Positions 24,549 through 37,407 are shown, counted from the first letter of the stretch. The stretch: DNA of 64,000 nucleotides from Octopus sinensis (GCF_006345805.1 NC_043024.1:9920001-9984000); one strand, 5' to 3'. Made by a program: numbers and translations. Notes: generated by a model not told the origin, from the letters alone.

Positions 24549-27500
24549 TAATAATAAATTCCTTTCGTTCCTTTGTTCTGCTATTCCACAGATATAAAAA
24601 AAACCTAAAGGCCTTGTATTTGGTTCATCCAACCAATTTTATCCGGATTTTGTGGACTTTGTTCAAACCCGTTTTGAGGTTAGTATTGCAGTTTTTTTTA
24701 TTATGACTGGTTGTCTTTACTCTGTTAGATTTTTACCATATATGGGAAAAAAGTAGAGAGATTATCTACATCAGTGACATTTAATCCACCAAGTGACCTT
24801 TAATCATTGCAGCCCTTTCAGGTCAATTCATGAGTTTCTCTGACCCCTCCTAATCTATTTCAGTATTGTATGTGCAGGTAGGCGGTGGTTAAGAAATTTG
24901 CTTTCCAATCCATGTGGTCCCAGGTTCAGTCCCACTGTATGGCACTTTGGGCAAGTGTCTTTTAGAATAGCTTGTGAGTGGGTCTGGCTGATGGAAACTA
25001 AAAGAAGCCTAGAAACCTATTGTGTATATGTGTGTATGTATTCACACATGAATGGGTGAATAATGAAAGAAGTAGCATTCTTAAGGTACATTCTCAGGTA
25101 AAAATCATACAGCATTCTGTATTATACTATTATACTGGCATCAGTCAAAAATTTGGGTTAATTTCCAAAAAATTAAACCCATTAAATTTCAACTGGACCA
25201 TTTATTATTGCTGCCAGGAAGTGGCATGCCAATCGCCATTAAGTCGATCGGTCATAAGTCATATAGGTTGTAAGTTGTCGACAACATGTACTATACGTTA
25301 GATAATGCTGTCCAAGATACACTAATACACTTTTACTAACTACCATCATCTACCGTATAATATATTATATTTACAGTCCTAGATATTTTAACACTAACAA
25401 ATTTACAAATCGGTGCTGACTTATAACCACAGTTGGTTCCGACTGACTGGTCATAAGTCGATTTTGTCGTAAGTCGGCTTTCAGGCCTACACAGATTTGT
25501 TTCATATTTTTGCATTCTTAAGGTACATTCTCAGGTAAAAGTCACACATAGCATTCTGTATTATACTATTATACTGGCATCAGTCAAAAATTTGTGAGTC
25601 TCAAGTAGTCCACTTATAAACAAATACGAGGTTGCCTCAATGTCCCCATGATAGGATATTCATCCAACACATGGGATATCATCTGTAGATGGGTTAATTT
25701 CTAAGAAATTAAACCCATTAGATATAATAGTTGTATACTGTCAATTTACTGTGACAGTAGGGGATTACACCACCGCTGTTTAACTCTAGGAAGCATGGAA
25801 CGCTTCCTGTCAGCCTTGACACATTTACTGTGTCCTTATATATTTACGAAGGGGAGACAAATACCCCCAGCAGCTAGGCCTGCATCTAGAGACACGCATG
25901 TTTCAGGGTCTTTGCCCATCATCGGTCTAGAGTAGCAGAAACCTGCTAGATGAAGATATCTGTCTAGACTTTGCAAATATATATATCTAATTTTCAGTGA
26001 AGTTTATTCACTGATCACCAAAATCAGAAATATTAAATTTCTAAATATCTCATAGAGATATGTATGGTGGTAAATATATATAAGGACACAGTAAATGTGT
26101 CGAAGCCGACAGGAAGCGTTCGATGCTTCCTAGGGATAAATAGCGGTTGTGTAATCCCCTACTGTCACGTTAAATTGACAGTATACAACTATTATATCGC
26201 CCCACCACCGTACATATCTCTATGAGATATTTAGAAATTTAATATTTCTGATAAACCCATTAGATTTTAACTAAAAAACACCATTTGAGCGTGGCCGTTG
26301 CCAATACCACCTGACTTGCCCTCGTGCCGGTGGCACGTAAAGGCACCCATTACACTCTCGGAGTGGTTGGCGTTAGGAAGGGCATCCTGCTGTAGAAACA
26401 CTGCCAAATCAGATTGGAGCCTGGTGCAGCCATCTGGTTCACCAGACCTCAGTCAAATCGTCCAACCCATGCTAGCATGGAAAGCAGGCGTTAAACGATG
26501 ATGATGACGATGACTATTTATTATTGCTGCTGGAAGGTGGCGCACCAATCGCCATTAAGTTGATAGGTCATAAGTCATACAGATTGTAAGTCGACGACGA
26601 CATGTACTGTTCTTTAGATAATGTAGTCCTAGATACACTAATACACTTTTACTAACTACGTCCAATGTATTCTAATACTAACCAGTATGTTTATACTTTA
26701 GATAATGTAACCTTAGGTAGACTGTACCTGCTTGATCAATATTGATCTGGGTCTCAATAATTGCTCAATTTGCCCTAATATTTCGCTAATTACCATTTTC
26801 GTTTCTGTTCTTCGTTTAGCGTCAAATTTGGTCAGAAAGTGATGTATGTTAACTATTTACATGAACTCAAGGAACATCTTCATTTCAACCAATTGGTCGT
26901 TCCTCAACCAGTCTTGGAGTAAGAACACAATTTGCTTTCTTTTATACCTTGGTTTCTGTTTGTTTTTTTTGTTGTTATTGTTTTGGTTTTTTTGTGTGTG
27001 TGTGTGTGCCAGTTAAGAAATCCTCTGTGTGGTTGCTTGATTGTTAGAAATAGAAAGAGCTAAATTTCTCTCGGACTGAACCCTTGCTTTGCTTTGCGGT
27101 CTCAATTCTTGATGGAATCATAGTGGTACTGTTGCGATGTATGGTATGTCTTGGGAATTTTTAGACTTGATGGTGCCTGGCTCTCTTCAGGTTTGATCAT
27201 GGCTGATTTCTTCCAGGTGGAGAGAGAGAGAGAGAGAGAGAGAAGAAACTGACAGGGATTATGGTGGCAAGATGGCAGAATTGTTAGCACGCCGGGCGAA
27301 ATGTGTAGCCGTATTTCGTCTGCTGTTACGTTCTGAGTTCAAATTCCGCCGATAAATAAAGTACCAGTTATGCACTGGGGTCAATATAATCGATTTAATA
27401 TGTTTGTCCTTGTTTGTTCTCTCTATGTTTAGCCCCTTGTGGGTAGTAAAGAAATAGGTATTTCATCTGCTGTTACGTTCTGAGTTCAAATTCCACCGAG

Positions 27501-28166
27501 GTCAACTTTGCCTTTCATCCTTTCGGGGTCGATTAAATAAGTACCAGTTATACACTGGGGTCGATATAATCGACTTAATCCATTTGTCTTTCCTTGTTTG
27601 TCCTTGAACATAAAGCAGGTAGAATATTTGGGCCAGATATGGCCACTTTAAATGCTAATGGCTTAAATTATACAACTTACCCTACACCATGTGTTCCACA
27701 CCTAAGTTTCATTTTGAGACAAAGCAGGACAGCAGCTGTGCTGATGATGCTTATTAAGGCAGAAACATACTCAGCTTTCTTCAGACAATCAGACTGCCTT
27801 TCCCTTAATAGCCTGTCAGTTTTTGAGAATCCTCGTATTTTGTGGATTATCTCCCTTCCACATTTGGAGTTGATCCCAATTGCTTCAAAGGGGAGATAAT
27901 TTCAATAAATCCAGAATTTTTCTTGTATACTCTTTTACTCTTTTACTTGTTTCAGTCATTTGACTGCGGCCATGCTGGAGCACCGCCTTTAGTCGAGCAA
28001 ATCGACCCCGTGACTTATTCTTTGTAAACCCAGTACTTATTCTATCGGTCTCTTTTGCCGAACCGCTAAGTGATGGGGACGTAAACACACCAGCATTGGT
28101 TGTCAAGCAATGCTAGGGGGACAAACACACACACACACACACATCCATATATATATATATATATAT

Positions 28167-28209
<43 letters not shown>

Positions 28210-30285
28210 ATATACGACAGGCTTCTTTCAGTTTCCGTCTACCAAATCCACTCGCAAGGCATTGGTCGGCCCGGGGCTATAGCAGAAGACACTTGCCCAA
28301 GGTGCCACGCAGTGGGACTGAACCCGGAACCATGTGGTTGGTTAGCAAGCTACTTACCACACAGCCACTCCTATCTTTATTCATCTCTATTGTCCATATT
28401 CATGCCACCGGTCACTCTCAGTCAACTCATTTTTGTGTTGCGTATGTGTATATCCAACCAATCTTAAAAGCCCCTTACAAACCATAGGCTCATAAGGCCA
28501 GTTTCCTGGATTCTGTGGTATAAAATATTTCCCCCACATGGATGGGACACCAGTCCAATACAGAATTACTCATTCTGACCAGCTGAGTGGACTGGAGCAA
28601 CGTGAAAGGAAGTATTTTGCTCAAGGACACAACACATTGCCCAGTCCAGGAATTGAAACCACAATCTTACTCTTATGAGTCCAGCACCCTAACCACTAAG
28701 TTACATACATCCACTATATATGTATGTGTGTTATATATATATATAATATATATACATACGTATACATATATATATATATATATATAATGTGTGGAGGTGC
28801 AATGGCCCAGTGGTTAGGGCAGTAGACTCGCGGTTGTAGGATCATGGTTTCGATTCCCAGACTGGGCGTTGTGAGTGTTTATTGAGCAAAACCAACTAAA
28901 GCTCTACGAGGCTCCGGCAGGGGATGGTGGCGATCCCTGCTATACTCTTTCGCCACAACTTTCTCTTACTATTTCTTCTGTTGGCCTGCTCGCTTAGCCT
29001 GAGGGTGGCGTCATTTGAAGGCTAAAGCAATGCGGAGCGCATTGTGACCAGTGATGTGTAGCAACATCTGATACCTGGTCAGTCACGGTGATATATATAT
29101 ATATATCCCTTTCTTTCAACCTCTTTTTTCTTTCCAATCATTTGCCATGTTGGACAGCTGAAATCTACAAGTCTTTGTTTCATTCTCACTCTGTTTAGTT
29201 TTTCTTATCCCTTTCTGCTGAAGAGCGTAGGCTCGAAACGTAAAAGACTTTCTCACCTTCCCCAGTGTTAAACTAATACATCTGTTTGTTGTTCATACAC
29301 CTGTCTTCATCTTTTGTTTTTCTATAAATTTCAACCATATATAGATAGATAGATATTAATACACAACTATAAGAGAGAATCCACTATGTGGACGCTCTTA
29401 CGCTAGATATAGATCCGCAAAGGGAATCCACCATCAAGAACTGTTCTCAAGAAATAATTCAACACACCAAGAACGTAAGCGAGCAGGACAAATGGTTCTT
29501 GGTGTGCTGAATTATTTCTTGAGAACAATTCTTGGTGGTGGATTCCCTTTGCGGATCTATATCTAGCGTAAGAGCGTCCACATAGTGGATTCTCTCTTAT
29601 AGTTGTGTATTAATAATATTTACTGAATCTCAGTCTTTTATACACTAGGCCACTTGGTGTTTAAATTGATGTTATTAAATTAATATCCAATTTTTTCACC
29701 CTCATTTTGACTTTAATGATAGATAGATAGATAGATAGATAGATAGTATTGTGTATATATATATATATATATATATAACGGGAAGCTTTATGAAAATAGA
29801 CAAAAGACGAAGGCAGGTTTACGGAAATAAACAAAAGACGAAGGCAGGTGGAAAACAAACAAACAATTGTATTAGTATGGCGCTCAGGAAATATAAATGA
29901 AACAAGTCTTTAACGTTTCGAGCCTACGCTCTTCAACAGAAAGATACACAGAGAAGAAACACAGAAAGAAAGGAAAAAAATGCGTGCAGAAGCTAGCGAA
30001 TCAACATGGCGATCATATATATAGGTATAGATAGATAGATAGATAGACAGATTGATAGATATGTGTGTGTGTGAGAGAGAGAGAGAATGAGTGAGTACTT
30101 GCAGACTGGCAGTATATATAATGATAATAATTTTGATTGTGTGTTTTGATTAATGTTTCTTTTCTCCTTCCAAGACATGATGCGCGTTTAGTTTCGGCCA
30201 ACAAGCCACCCTACCCCTACACAGATCCCAGCATAAAATCCACAAAACCACAGAAAAATCAACAGTTTGGAGTTTCATTAAATTT
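19354..30285 (+). CDS. ARHGAP1: Rho GTPase-activating protein 1/8-like (p50RhoGAP/BPGAP1/RhoGAP68F family), partial spliced gene: BCH domain plus linker
   Basis: Seven AG/GT-bounded exons with consistent phases: 19354-19448, 20905-20974, 22324-22411, 23309-23440, 24592-24678, 26820-26918, 30175-30285. The spliced product includes ...[151 protein letters not shown]...NQQFGVSL, matching ARHGAP1 from memory. Start exon and RhoGAP-domain exons not found. Confidence 0.93.
20143..20480 (+). mobile_element. tRNA-derived SINE family D with a CORE-like central segment
   Basis: tRNA-like head followed by GTGTTCTTGAGCAAGACA.TTTATTTCACGTTG; copies at 18022-18330 and 37065-37386 (-). Confidence 0.7.
20546..20720 (+). 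mobile_element. Tigger/pogo-like DNA transposon terminal fragment
   Basis: TA-CAGTAATCCTCTGACTATCGCAGG start resembles Tigger TIRs (from memory). Confidence 0.4.
20905..20974 (+). CDS. ARHGAP1: ARHGAP1-like exon ([24 protein letters not shown])
   Basis: tttttcAG acceptor, GTAAGT donor; start of the BCH domain. Confidence 0.9.
21057..21408 (-). mobile_element. SINE family A copy
   Basis: Reverse-complement match, with an internal deletion. Confidence 0.75.
21535..22077. mobile_element. Second piggyBac-type MITE family, interrupted by a family C element
   Basis: TTAACCCTTTAG...CTAAAGGGTTAA; fragments at about 7866-8040, 27600-27665, 31420-31590, 39215-39565. Confidence 0.65.
22324..22411 (+). 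CDS. ARHGAP1: ARHGAP1-like exon ([28 protein letters not shown])
   Basis: caacAG acceptor, GTAAGT donor; BCH motif GRK..FSACR. Confidence 0.93.
22745..23165 (+). mobile_element. CR1-group LINE 3' fragment in an ARHGAP intron
   Basis: [14 protein letters not shown]...[13 protein letters not shown]...[14 protein letters not shown]...[16 protein letters not shown]. Confidence 0.85.
23309..23440 (+). CDS. ARHGAP1: ARHGAP1-like exon ([44 protein letters not shown])
   Basis: tttgtAG acceptor, GTAAGT donor; BCH core. Confidence 0.94.
24592..24678 (+). CDS. ARHGAP1: ARHGAP1-like exon ([29 protein letters not shown])
   Basis: ccacAG acceptor, GTTAGT donor; KNLKALY.VHP motif. Confidence 0.94.
25885..25931 (-). 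ncRNA. Hammerhead-like motif with a U4C core
   Basis: UCUAGA-CCGAUGA-U-GGG CAAAGA CCC-U-GAA-ACAUGCGUGU-C/UCUAGA. Confidence 0.55.
26820..26918 (+). CDS. ARHGAP1: ARHGAP1-like exon ([32 protein letters not shown])
   Basis: cgtttAG acceptor, GTAAGA donor; end of the BCH domain. Confidence 0.93.
27928..28372 (-). mobile_element. SINE family A copy
   Basis: Full-length reverse-complement match. Confidence 0.8.
28792..29090 (+). mobile_element. tRNA-derived SINE family E
   Basis: GGAGGTGCAATGGCCCAGTGGTTAGGGCAG...GTTTCGATTCCC; copies at 19960-20125 (-) and 45790-46110. Confidence 0.7.
29355..29614. repeat. Near-perfect palindrome: 120-bp arms, 20-bp spacer
   Basis: 29355-29474 is the reverse complement of 29495-29614 with few mismatches. 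Confidence 0.92.
30175..30285 (+). CDS. ARHGAP1: ARHGAP1-like exon ([36 protein letters not shown]), linker leading into the RhoGAP domain
   Basis: ttccaAG acceptor, GTAAGT donor; NQQFGVSL motif that precedes the RhoGAP domain. Confidence 0.9.
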
Positions 30286-30317
30286 GTAAGTCCATTAAGT
30301 TAATTACAACTTTATCA

Positions 30318-31030
30318 TCATCATCATCATCATCATCGTTTAGCGTCCGCTTTCCATGCTAGCATGGGTTGGACGGTTCAACTGGGGCCTGGGAAGCCAG
30401 GAGGCTGCACCAGGCTCCAGTCTGATCTGGCACTGTTTCTACAGCTGGATGCCCTTCCTAACGCCAACCACTCCACGAGTGTAGTGGGTGCTTTTTACGT
30501 GCCAGGGGAGGCTGAAAAACCGGCACGATCGGATGGTACTTTTTACGTGCCACCGGCACGGAGACCAGGCGACGCTGGCAACGGCCACGATTGGATGGTG
30601 CTTTTTACGTGCCACTGGTACAGGTGCCGGGCGACGCTGGCAAACAGCCACGATCAGATGGTGCTTTTTACGTGCCACCGGCACAGAGGCCAGGCGACGC
30701 TGGCAACAGCCACGATCGGATGGTGCTTTTTACATGCCACTGGCACAGAGGCCGGGCGACGCTGGCAACACCACGATCGGATGGTGCTTTTTACTACGTG
30801 CCACCACCTGCACAGAGGCCGGGCGACGCTGGCAACAGCCACGATCGGATGGTGCTTTTTACGTGCCACCGGCACAGAGGCCGGGCGACGCTGGCAACAG
30901 CCACGATCGGATGGTGCTTTTTACGCACCACCAGCACGGAAGCCAGTCGGAACAGCGCTGGCAACAGCCACCTTTGGACGGTTTTTCTCTATGTGCCACC
31001 GGCACTGGTATCACAGCTACAATTCCATTC
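30318..31030 (-). mobile_element. SINE-like family C ((GAT)n tail) with an internal array of about 62-bp repeats, about 7 units in this copy
   Basis: Conserved GTTAGGAAGGGCATCCAGCTGTAGAAAC...GCATGGAAAGCGGACGTTAAACGATGATG; copies at about 21713, 26283, 31790, 36722, 39272, 40775, 42190, 45330, 47515, 49642, 60058. Confidence 0.75.
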
Positions 31031-31036
31031 ATGTTG

Positions 31037-31136
31037 NNNNNNNNNNNNNNNNNNNNNNNNNNNNNNNNNNNNNNNNNNNNNNNNNNNNNNNNNNNNNNNN
31101 NNNNNNNNNNNNNNNNNNNNNNNNNNNNNNNNNNNN
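31037..31136. other. Assembly gap (100 N)
   Basis: Run of exactly 100 N, which suggests a placeholder of unknown true size. Confidence 0.99.
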
Positions 31137-32498
31137 ACCTAAGTTGCGGGTACATAAGCACACCAGCATCGGTTGTCAAGCGATGTTGAAGGGACAACAC
31201 AGACACACAACACACATAATATATAACACATATATATACGACAGGCTTCTTTCAGTTTCCGTCTACCAAATCCTCTCACAAGGCTTTGGTCGGCCCAAGG
31301 CTATAGTAGATGATACTTGCCCAAGGTGCCATGCAGTGGGACTGAACCCGGAACCATGTGGTTGGTAAACAAGCTACTCACCACACAACCACTCCTGTGT
31401 TTTGTAAAATATATTTTAATCCTTTAGTGCTAAGATTACTCTGTTGCATGTTTATATTTTCACATTCATTTGAATTAAGCATGCCTTATCTCTTAACTTC
31501 GAGATTTTGATATGTTTGTTTATCTTTAGAATGGCATTGAAGGGTAGGTGAGAGAGACTGGATCTGATCAGTTTGAACAAAAGGCAAATAGGGGCTCATA
31601 TAAGCATTAAATTCTGCCTGTAGATTCTATTAAAGTTTAAAATGGAAATATATTTTAATAAAAAGTGAGTTCAGGGTTGTATCCAACACCAGTTTCACAT
31701 AACCAGTCCCAGCCCATTCAAAGGTACCTTGGATCGTAGGGCGACTTGCTGTGCTTGAGGAAACCTATTGAGTCAAGTACATCAAAAGGAAAATTCAAAT
31801 GGAAATTGTAGTTGTGATCCCCGTGCCAGTGGCACGTATAAAGCACCATCTGAACTTGGCCAATGCTAGCACCGCCTTGACTGGCTTCTGTGCCAGTAGC
31901 ATGTAAAAAGTACCATCCAAATGTGGCCGATGCCAGCACTGCCTTGGCTGGCTTCCATGCCAGTGGCATGTAAAAAGTACCAACCAATCGTGACTGTTGC
32001 CAGCCTCCCCTGGCACCTGTGCCGGTGGCACGTAAAAAGCACCCACTACACTCATGGAGTGGTTGGCATTAGGAAGGGCATCCAGCTGTAGAAACACTGC
32101 CAGATCAGACTGGAGCCTGGTGCAGCCTTCTAGCTTCCCAGACCCCGGTGGAACTGTCCAACCCATGCTAGCATGGAAAACGGACATTAAGCGATAATGA
32201 TGATGATATATATATATATGTGTGTGTGTGTATATATAACGGGAAGGTTTACGAAAATAAACAAAAGACGAAGGCAGGTGGAGTACAAACAAACAAATGT
32301 ATTAGTATGGCGCTCAGGAATAGAAATAGAATAAGTCTTTTACGTTTCGAGCCTACGCTCTTCGACAGAAAGGTACACAGAAAAAAACAAGGAGAGAAAA
32401 AAATGCGTGTAGGAGCTAACGATCTATCCTGGCATCCTCCTGTGTGTATATATATGTGTATATATATGTGTGTGTATATATATATGTGTATATATATG

Positions 32499-32530
<32 letters not shown>

Positions 32531-32561
32531 TATCTATATATATATACACATATATATATAT

Positions 32562-32597
<36 letters not shown>

Positions 32598-33701
32598 ACA
32601 TATATATATATATATGTATGTATGTATATAAAATGTAATTTAGATTCAGTTGAATTAGGTACTTTAAATTGAGGCATTTTGTTAAGGTGAACTCATTTGA
32701 AGACTCAGACAACATCAGGTGAGTTTCAACCTCTACATAGAATTTTTCCACCTAATATTCTTGCAGTATATGCAGTTGGCATGATCCAACTTAGTGAATA
32801 AATCCACTCTTATTTGTTCAGATGTGTACTTTATAAATACTTCCGAAGTACAGATTCCAGGGTAGGTGAGTAAAATATAATTAAGCAGCAAAGATGTTAT
32901 ATTTTTGTTACTCATTGAATATATATAATATATATATATATACATATATCATATATATTATATTTTTTTATATTATATTAAATTAGAGATAAAACCACTA
33001 TTAGGCAATCAAACAGTGAAAAACATAAGCCATACATAAAATTAATTTAAAAGAATAAAAGTTAAAAATTAAAAAATTATTTAATATTTAAACTTATAAA
33101 TTTTAAATATATATACAAATATATGTATGTATGTATGTATATTTTTATATTTATATATTATTTTATTTATTAATTAATTAATTTTTTTTTTTTTATTTAT
33201 TTATTTTTATATATTTTTTTTTATATATATATATATAAATTAGAAAAAACCACCTTTCATCATCAATTCAATATGAAAATTAAATTATACCATCTAGAAA
33301 AACATTTAAAACAAAAATTATAGAAATATAAATAAAATGCATATAATGATGATTAAGTAATGTGCAAAATAATAAATAAAATGTATATATTTGTACTATA
33401 ACGACACGTGTTTCATATATATATGTATATATAATTATATATATATATATGTGTGTCCTATATATATATATATATAATATATATTATATATATATATATA
33501 TATATGTGTTTATTATTATTATAAATATATATGATGGGCTTCTTTCAGTTTCTGTCTACCAAATCCACTTGCAAGTTTTTGATTGGCTCAAGGCTGTAGT
33601 AGACGACACTTACTCAAGGTGCCACTCAGTGGGAATGAACCCAGAACCATATGGTTGAGAAACAAGCTACTTACTACACAGCCGCTCCTGCACCTATGCA
33701 T

Positions 33702-33736
<35 letters not shown>

Positions 33737-33814
33737 CACACAGACATATATATACATAGATGCACACACACATACATAATATACACACAGACATATATAT
33801 GCATATATATAGAT

Positions 33815-33851
<37 letters not shown>

Positions 33852-34071
33852 CAAACACACAGATATACATATATATATATATATACACACACAGACATAT
33901 ATATATATACATATATATAGATACACACATACTTGTGTGCATCCAGCCGTAGAAACACTGCCAGATTTGACTGGGCCTGATGAAGCCTTCTGGCTTCACA
34001 GACCCCAGTAGAACCGTCCAACCCATGCTAGCATGGAAAACGGATGCTAAACGATGATGATGATGACATAC

Positions 34072-34110
<39 letters not shown>

Positions 34111-34816
34111 GATATACATATATATATATACACACAGACATATATATACATACATATAGATACACACACACACACATATATATATATACACACACACACA
34201 GATATACATATAAATATATATATATACACACACAGACATATGTATACATATGTATAACGGGAAGCTTTATGAAAATAGACAAAAGACGAAGGCAGGTGGA
34301 AAACAAACAACAATTGTATTAGTATGGCGCTCAGGAAATATAAATAAAACAAGTCTTTAACGTTTCGAGCCTACGCTCTTCAACAGAAAGATACACAGAG
34401 AGAAAAAAAACACAGAAAGAAGGAGAGAAAAAAATGCGTGCAGTAGCTAACGAATCAACATGGCGATCTGTATAGATACACACACACACACACACACTCA
34501 CACATATATATATATATACCGTCCAACCCATGCTAGCATGGAAAACAGACGTTAAACGATGATGATGATGATATATATACATATATATATAAGAATACAT
34601 TTTTCCTTGAAGAGCTACTTTCCCCATGACTTTGTCAAAAATAACGGGAACCTCGTCTATCCCTGCGAAATTCTATTTGTTCCATAGATCAGACCCTGAC
34701 AAGTACTGCCATTACAGGTGATTAAGGGGTAACTCCATACTCCTCACAACACAACTGCAACCTCACCACTGGAGGTAGTTTATTGTTTTACCCAGGCTGA
34801 ACTCTGACATAAAACT

Positions 34817-35205
34817 CGCAGGAGTGGCTGTGTGGTAAGTAGCTTGTCTACCGACCACATGGTTCCGGGTTCAGTCCCACTTCATGGCACCTTGGGCAAG
34901 TGTCTTCTACTATAGCCTCGGGCCGACCAAAGCCTTGTGAGTGGTAGTCGGAAACTGAAAGAAGCCCGTCGTATATATGTATACGTATGCGTGTGTGTGT
35001 TTGTGTGTCTGTGTTTGTCCCCCTAGCATTGCTTGACAACCGATGCTGGTGTGTTTGTGTTCCCGTTACTTAGCGGTTCAGCAAAAGAGACTGATAGAAT
35101 AAGTACTGGGCTTACAAAAGAATAAGTCCCAGGGTCGAGTTGCTCGATTAAAGGTGGTGCTCCAGCATGGCCACAGTCAAATGACCGAAACAAGTAAAAA
35201 AGTAA
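34817..35205 (+). mobile_element. SINE family A copy
   Basis: Full-length match. Confidence 0.8.
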
Positions 35206-36322
35206 AGAGAGTCAAAAACTGTGCCAGTCTTTAGACAATCCTTGCGACTGGAACGTAGAATGGGCAAAAGTCTTGTAAAAGGGACTTTTTGGAGGAGGTC
35301 TCTTTAAGTCCAAGGACATACAGACATCTTAGTATCATTTTATTTATTGGTCTGCTTTGCATTTTATGCTAGCAGTACCTCCAACATTACCCAAAACACC
35401 ACCCCCAACACTGCCAGCACCACCCACAACAATGCCACCACCACCCCCAGCACTACCAGCACCACCCCCTACAATGCAAACACCACCCCCAACACTACCA
35501 GCACCACCCCTACAATGCAAACACCACCCACCACCCGCTACCAGCACCACCCCTACAATGGCAAACACCACCCCCAGCACTACCAGCAACCACCCCCTAC
35601 AATGCAAACACCACCACCCCCAACTACCAGCACCACCGCACCCCCCTACAATGCAACAACCACCCCCCCCCAGCACTACCAGCACCACCCCTACAATGCA
35701 AACACCACCCTCCAACAATGCCAGCACCACCCCCAACACTACCCACAACGCCACCCCCAACAATGCCAGCACTACCCCCAACACTACCAGCACCACCACC
35801 CCCTACAATCCAACACCACCCCCAACAATGCTAGCACCACCCCCACCCAACACTGCCAGCTGCACCACCCACAGTACTGCTATAACTACTACTACGATGA
35901 CCACCACCACAACTACAACCCCACCACCACCACCACTACTACTACAACCACCGCCACCAACACCATTACTACTACTAGCACTACTACTGCCACTACCACT
36001 ACCACTACTACTACTACCATCACCACTACTACTACTACTACTACCACCACTACTACTACTACTACAATCCCCACTGCCACTACTATCAATGCCAATGGTT
36101 TCAGAGAAAACACCTGTATTTCCTTTACCTCTGACAGGTAAGTCCTACGTGAGTGTATGTATATGTGTATGAGCGTGTGTAAGTGTGTGTATGTATGTGT
36201 GTGTACAAGCAAATATTTATTGATTGATTTGTCTATGTATTGTTTATATATTTCTCTCTCTTTCCCTCTACCCACACACACACAGGTGTATATATATGCA
36301 TATACATACATACATACATACA

Positions 36323-36380
<58 letters not shown>

Positions 36381-36530
36381 ATGCATATAAATATGTATAT
36401 ATATATATATAATATATATATATATATGCATATCATCATCGTCGTTAAATGATGATGATATGCATATATATATATTTATATACATATATTTTATATATAT
36501 ATATTATATGTATATATATTTATATATATA

Positions 36531-36570
<40 letters not shown>

Positions 36571-36943
36571 GGAGAGTTTACGAAAAAAACAAAAGACGAA
36601 GACAGGTGGTGTACATAACAAACAGATGTATTAGTATAACGCTCAGGAATAGCAAAAGTCTTTTACGTTTCGAGCCTACGCTCTTCTACAGAAAAGGGAC
36701 ACAGAAAAAAGAAGGAGAAACATCATCATCATCATCGTTTAGCATCCCTTTTTCATGCTAGCATGGGTTGGATGGTTCAACTGGGGTCTGTGGAGCCAGA
36801 AGGCTTCATCAGGCCTAGTCAGATCTGGCAGTGTTTCTACGGCTGGATGCCCTTCCTAACGCCAACCACTCCGAGAGTCAAGTGGGTGCTTTTTACGTGC
36901 CACCCGCACAGGTGCCAGACAGAGCTGGCAAACGGCCAATATA

Positions 36944-36983
<40 letters not shown>

Positions 36984-37407
36984 ATATATTTATATATGCA
37001 TATATATGTATATGCATTATGTATATATATATATATATATATTTTTATATATATATGAGAGAGAGAGACCCCCTTCGATCATGACTGACCATGGGATTGC
37101 ACCTAGAAAGTTACCCTCCTAGTCACAAGTCTGGGTAAGGTTGTTTATGGAAGACCAGCAGTCGCCCATGCATCCCAGTCTCTCCACGCTACCAATGTTA
37201 TCCAAGGGAAAGGCAAAGGGGCCGATACAGCTTGGCACCAGTGATGTCACAACTCATTTCTACAGCTGAGTGAACTGGAGCAACGTGAAATAAAGTCTCT
37301 TGCTCAAGGACACAACATGCAGCCCAGTCCGGGATTCAAACTCACAACCTCACGATCGTAAGCTCGACGGTCTAACCACTGAGCCATTATATTATATTAT
37401 ATATATG

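Noticed and set aside
25140-25200. SQKFG segment as the next ARHGAP exon
   Set aside because: It diverges from the BCH consensus immediately; the true exon ([13 protein letters not shown]) is at 26820-26918. The segment is part of a small local duplication (25075-25155 and 25510-25595).
27842-27900. LPSTFGVDP as the RhoGAP-entry exon
   Set aside because: It has no suitable splice sites, and the 30175 exon gives the proper NQQFGVSL match.
30364-31368. Long ORFs (334 aa and similar) recurring across the window
   Set aside because: They are translations of the GC-rich family C 62-bp array and adjacent SINEs; they are open in several frames, recur in many copies, and this one crosses the N gap.
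32640-32945. Unique-looking segment with AG/GT pairs and a 70-aa minus-strand ORF
   Set aside because: No frame resembles RhoGAP or any protein I recognise, and the candidate exons are short and unsupported.
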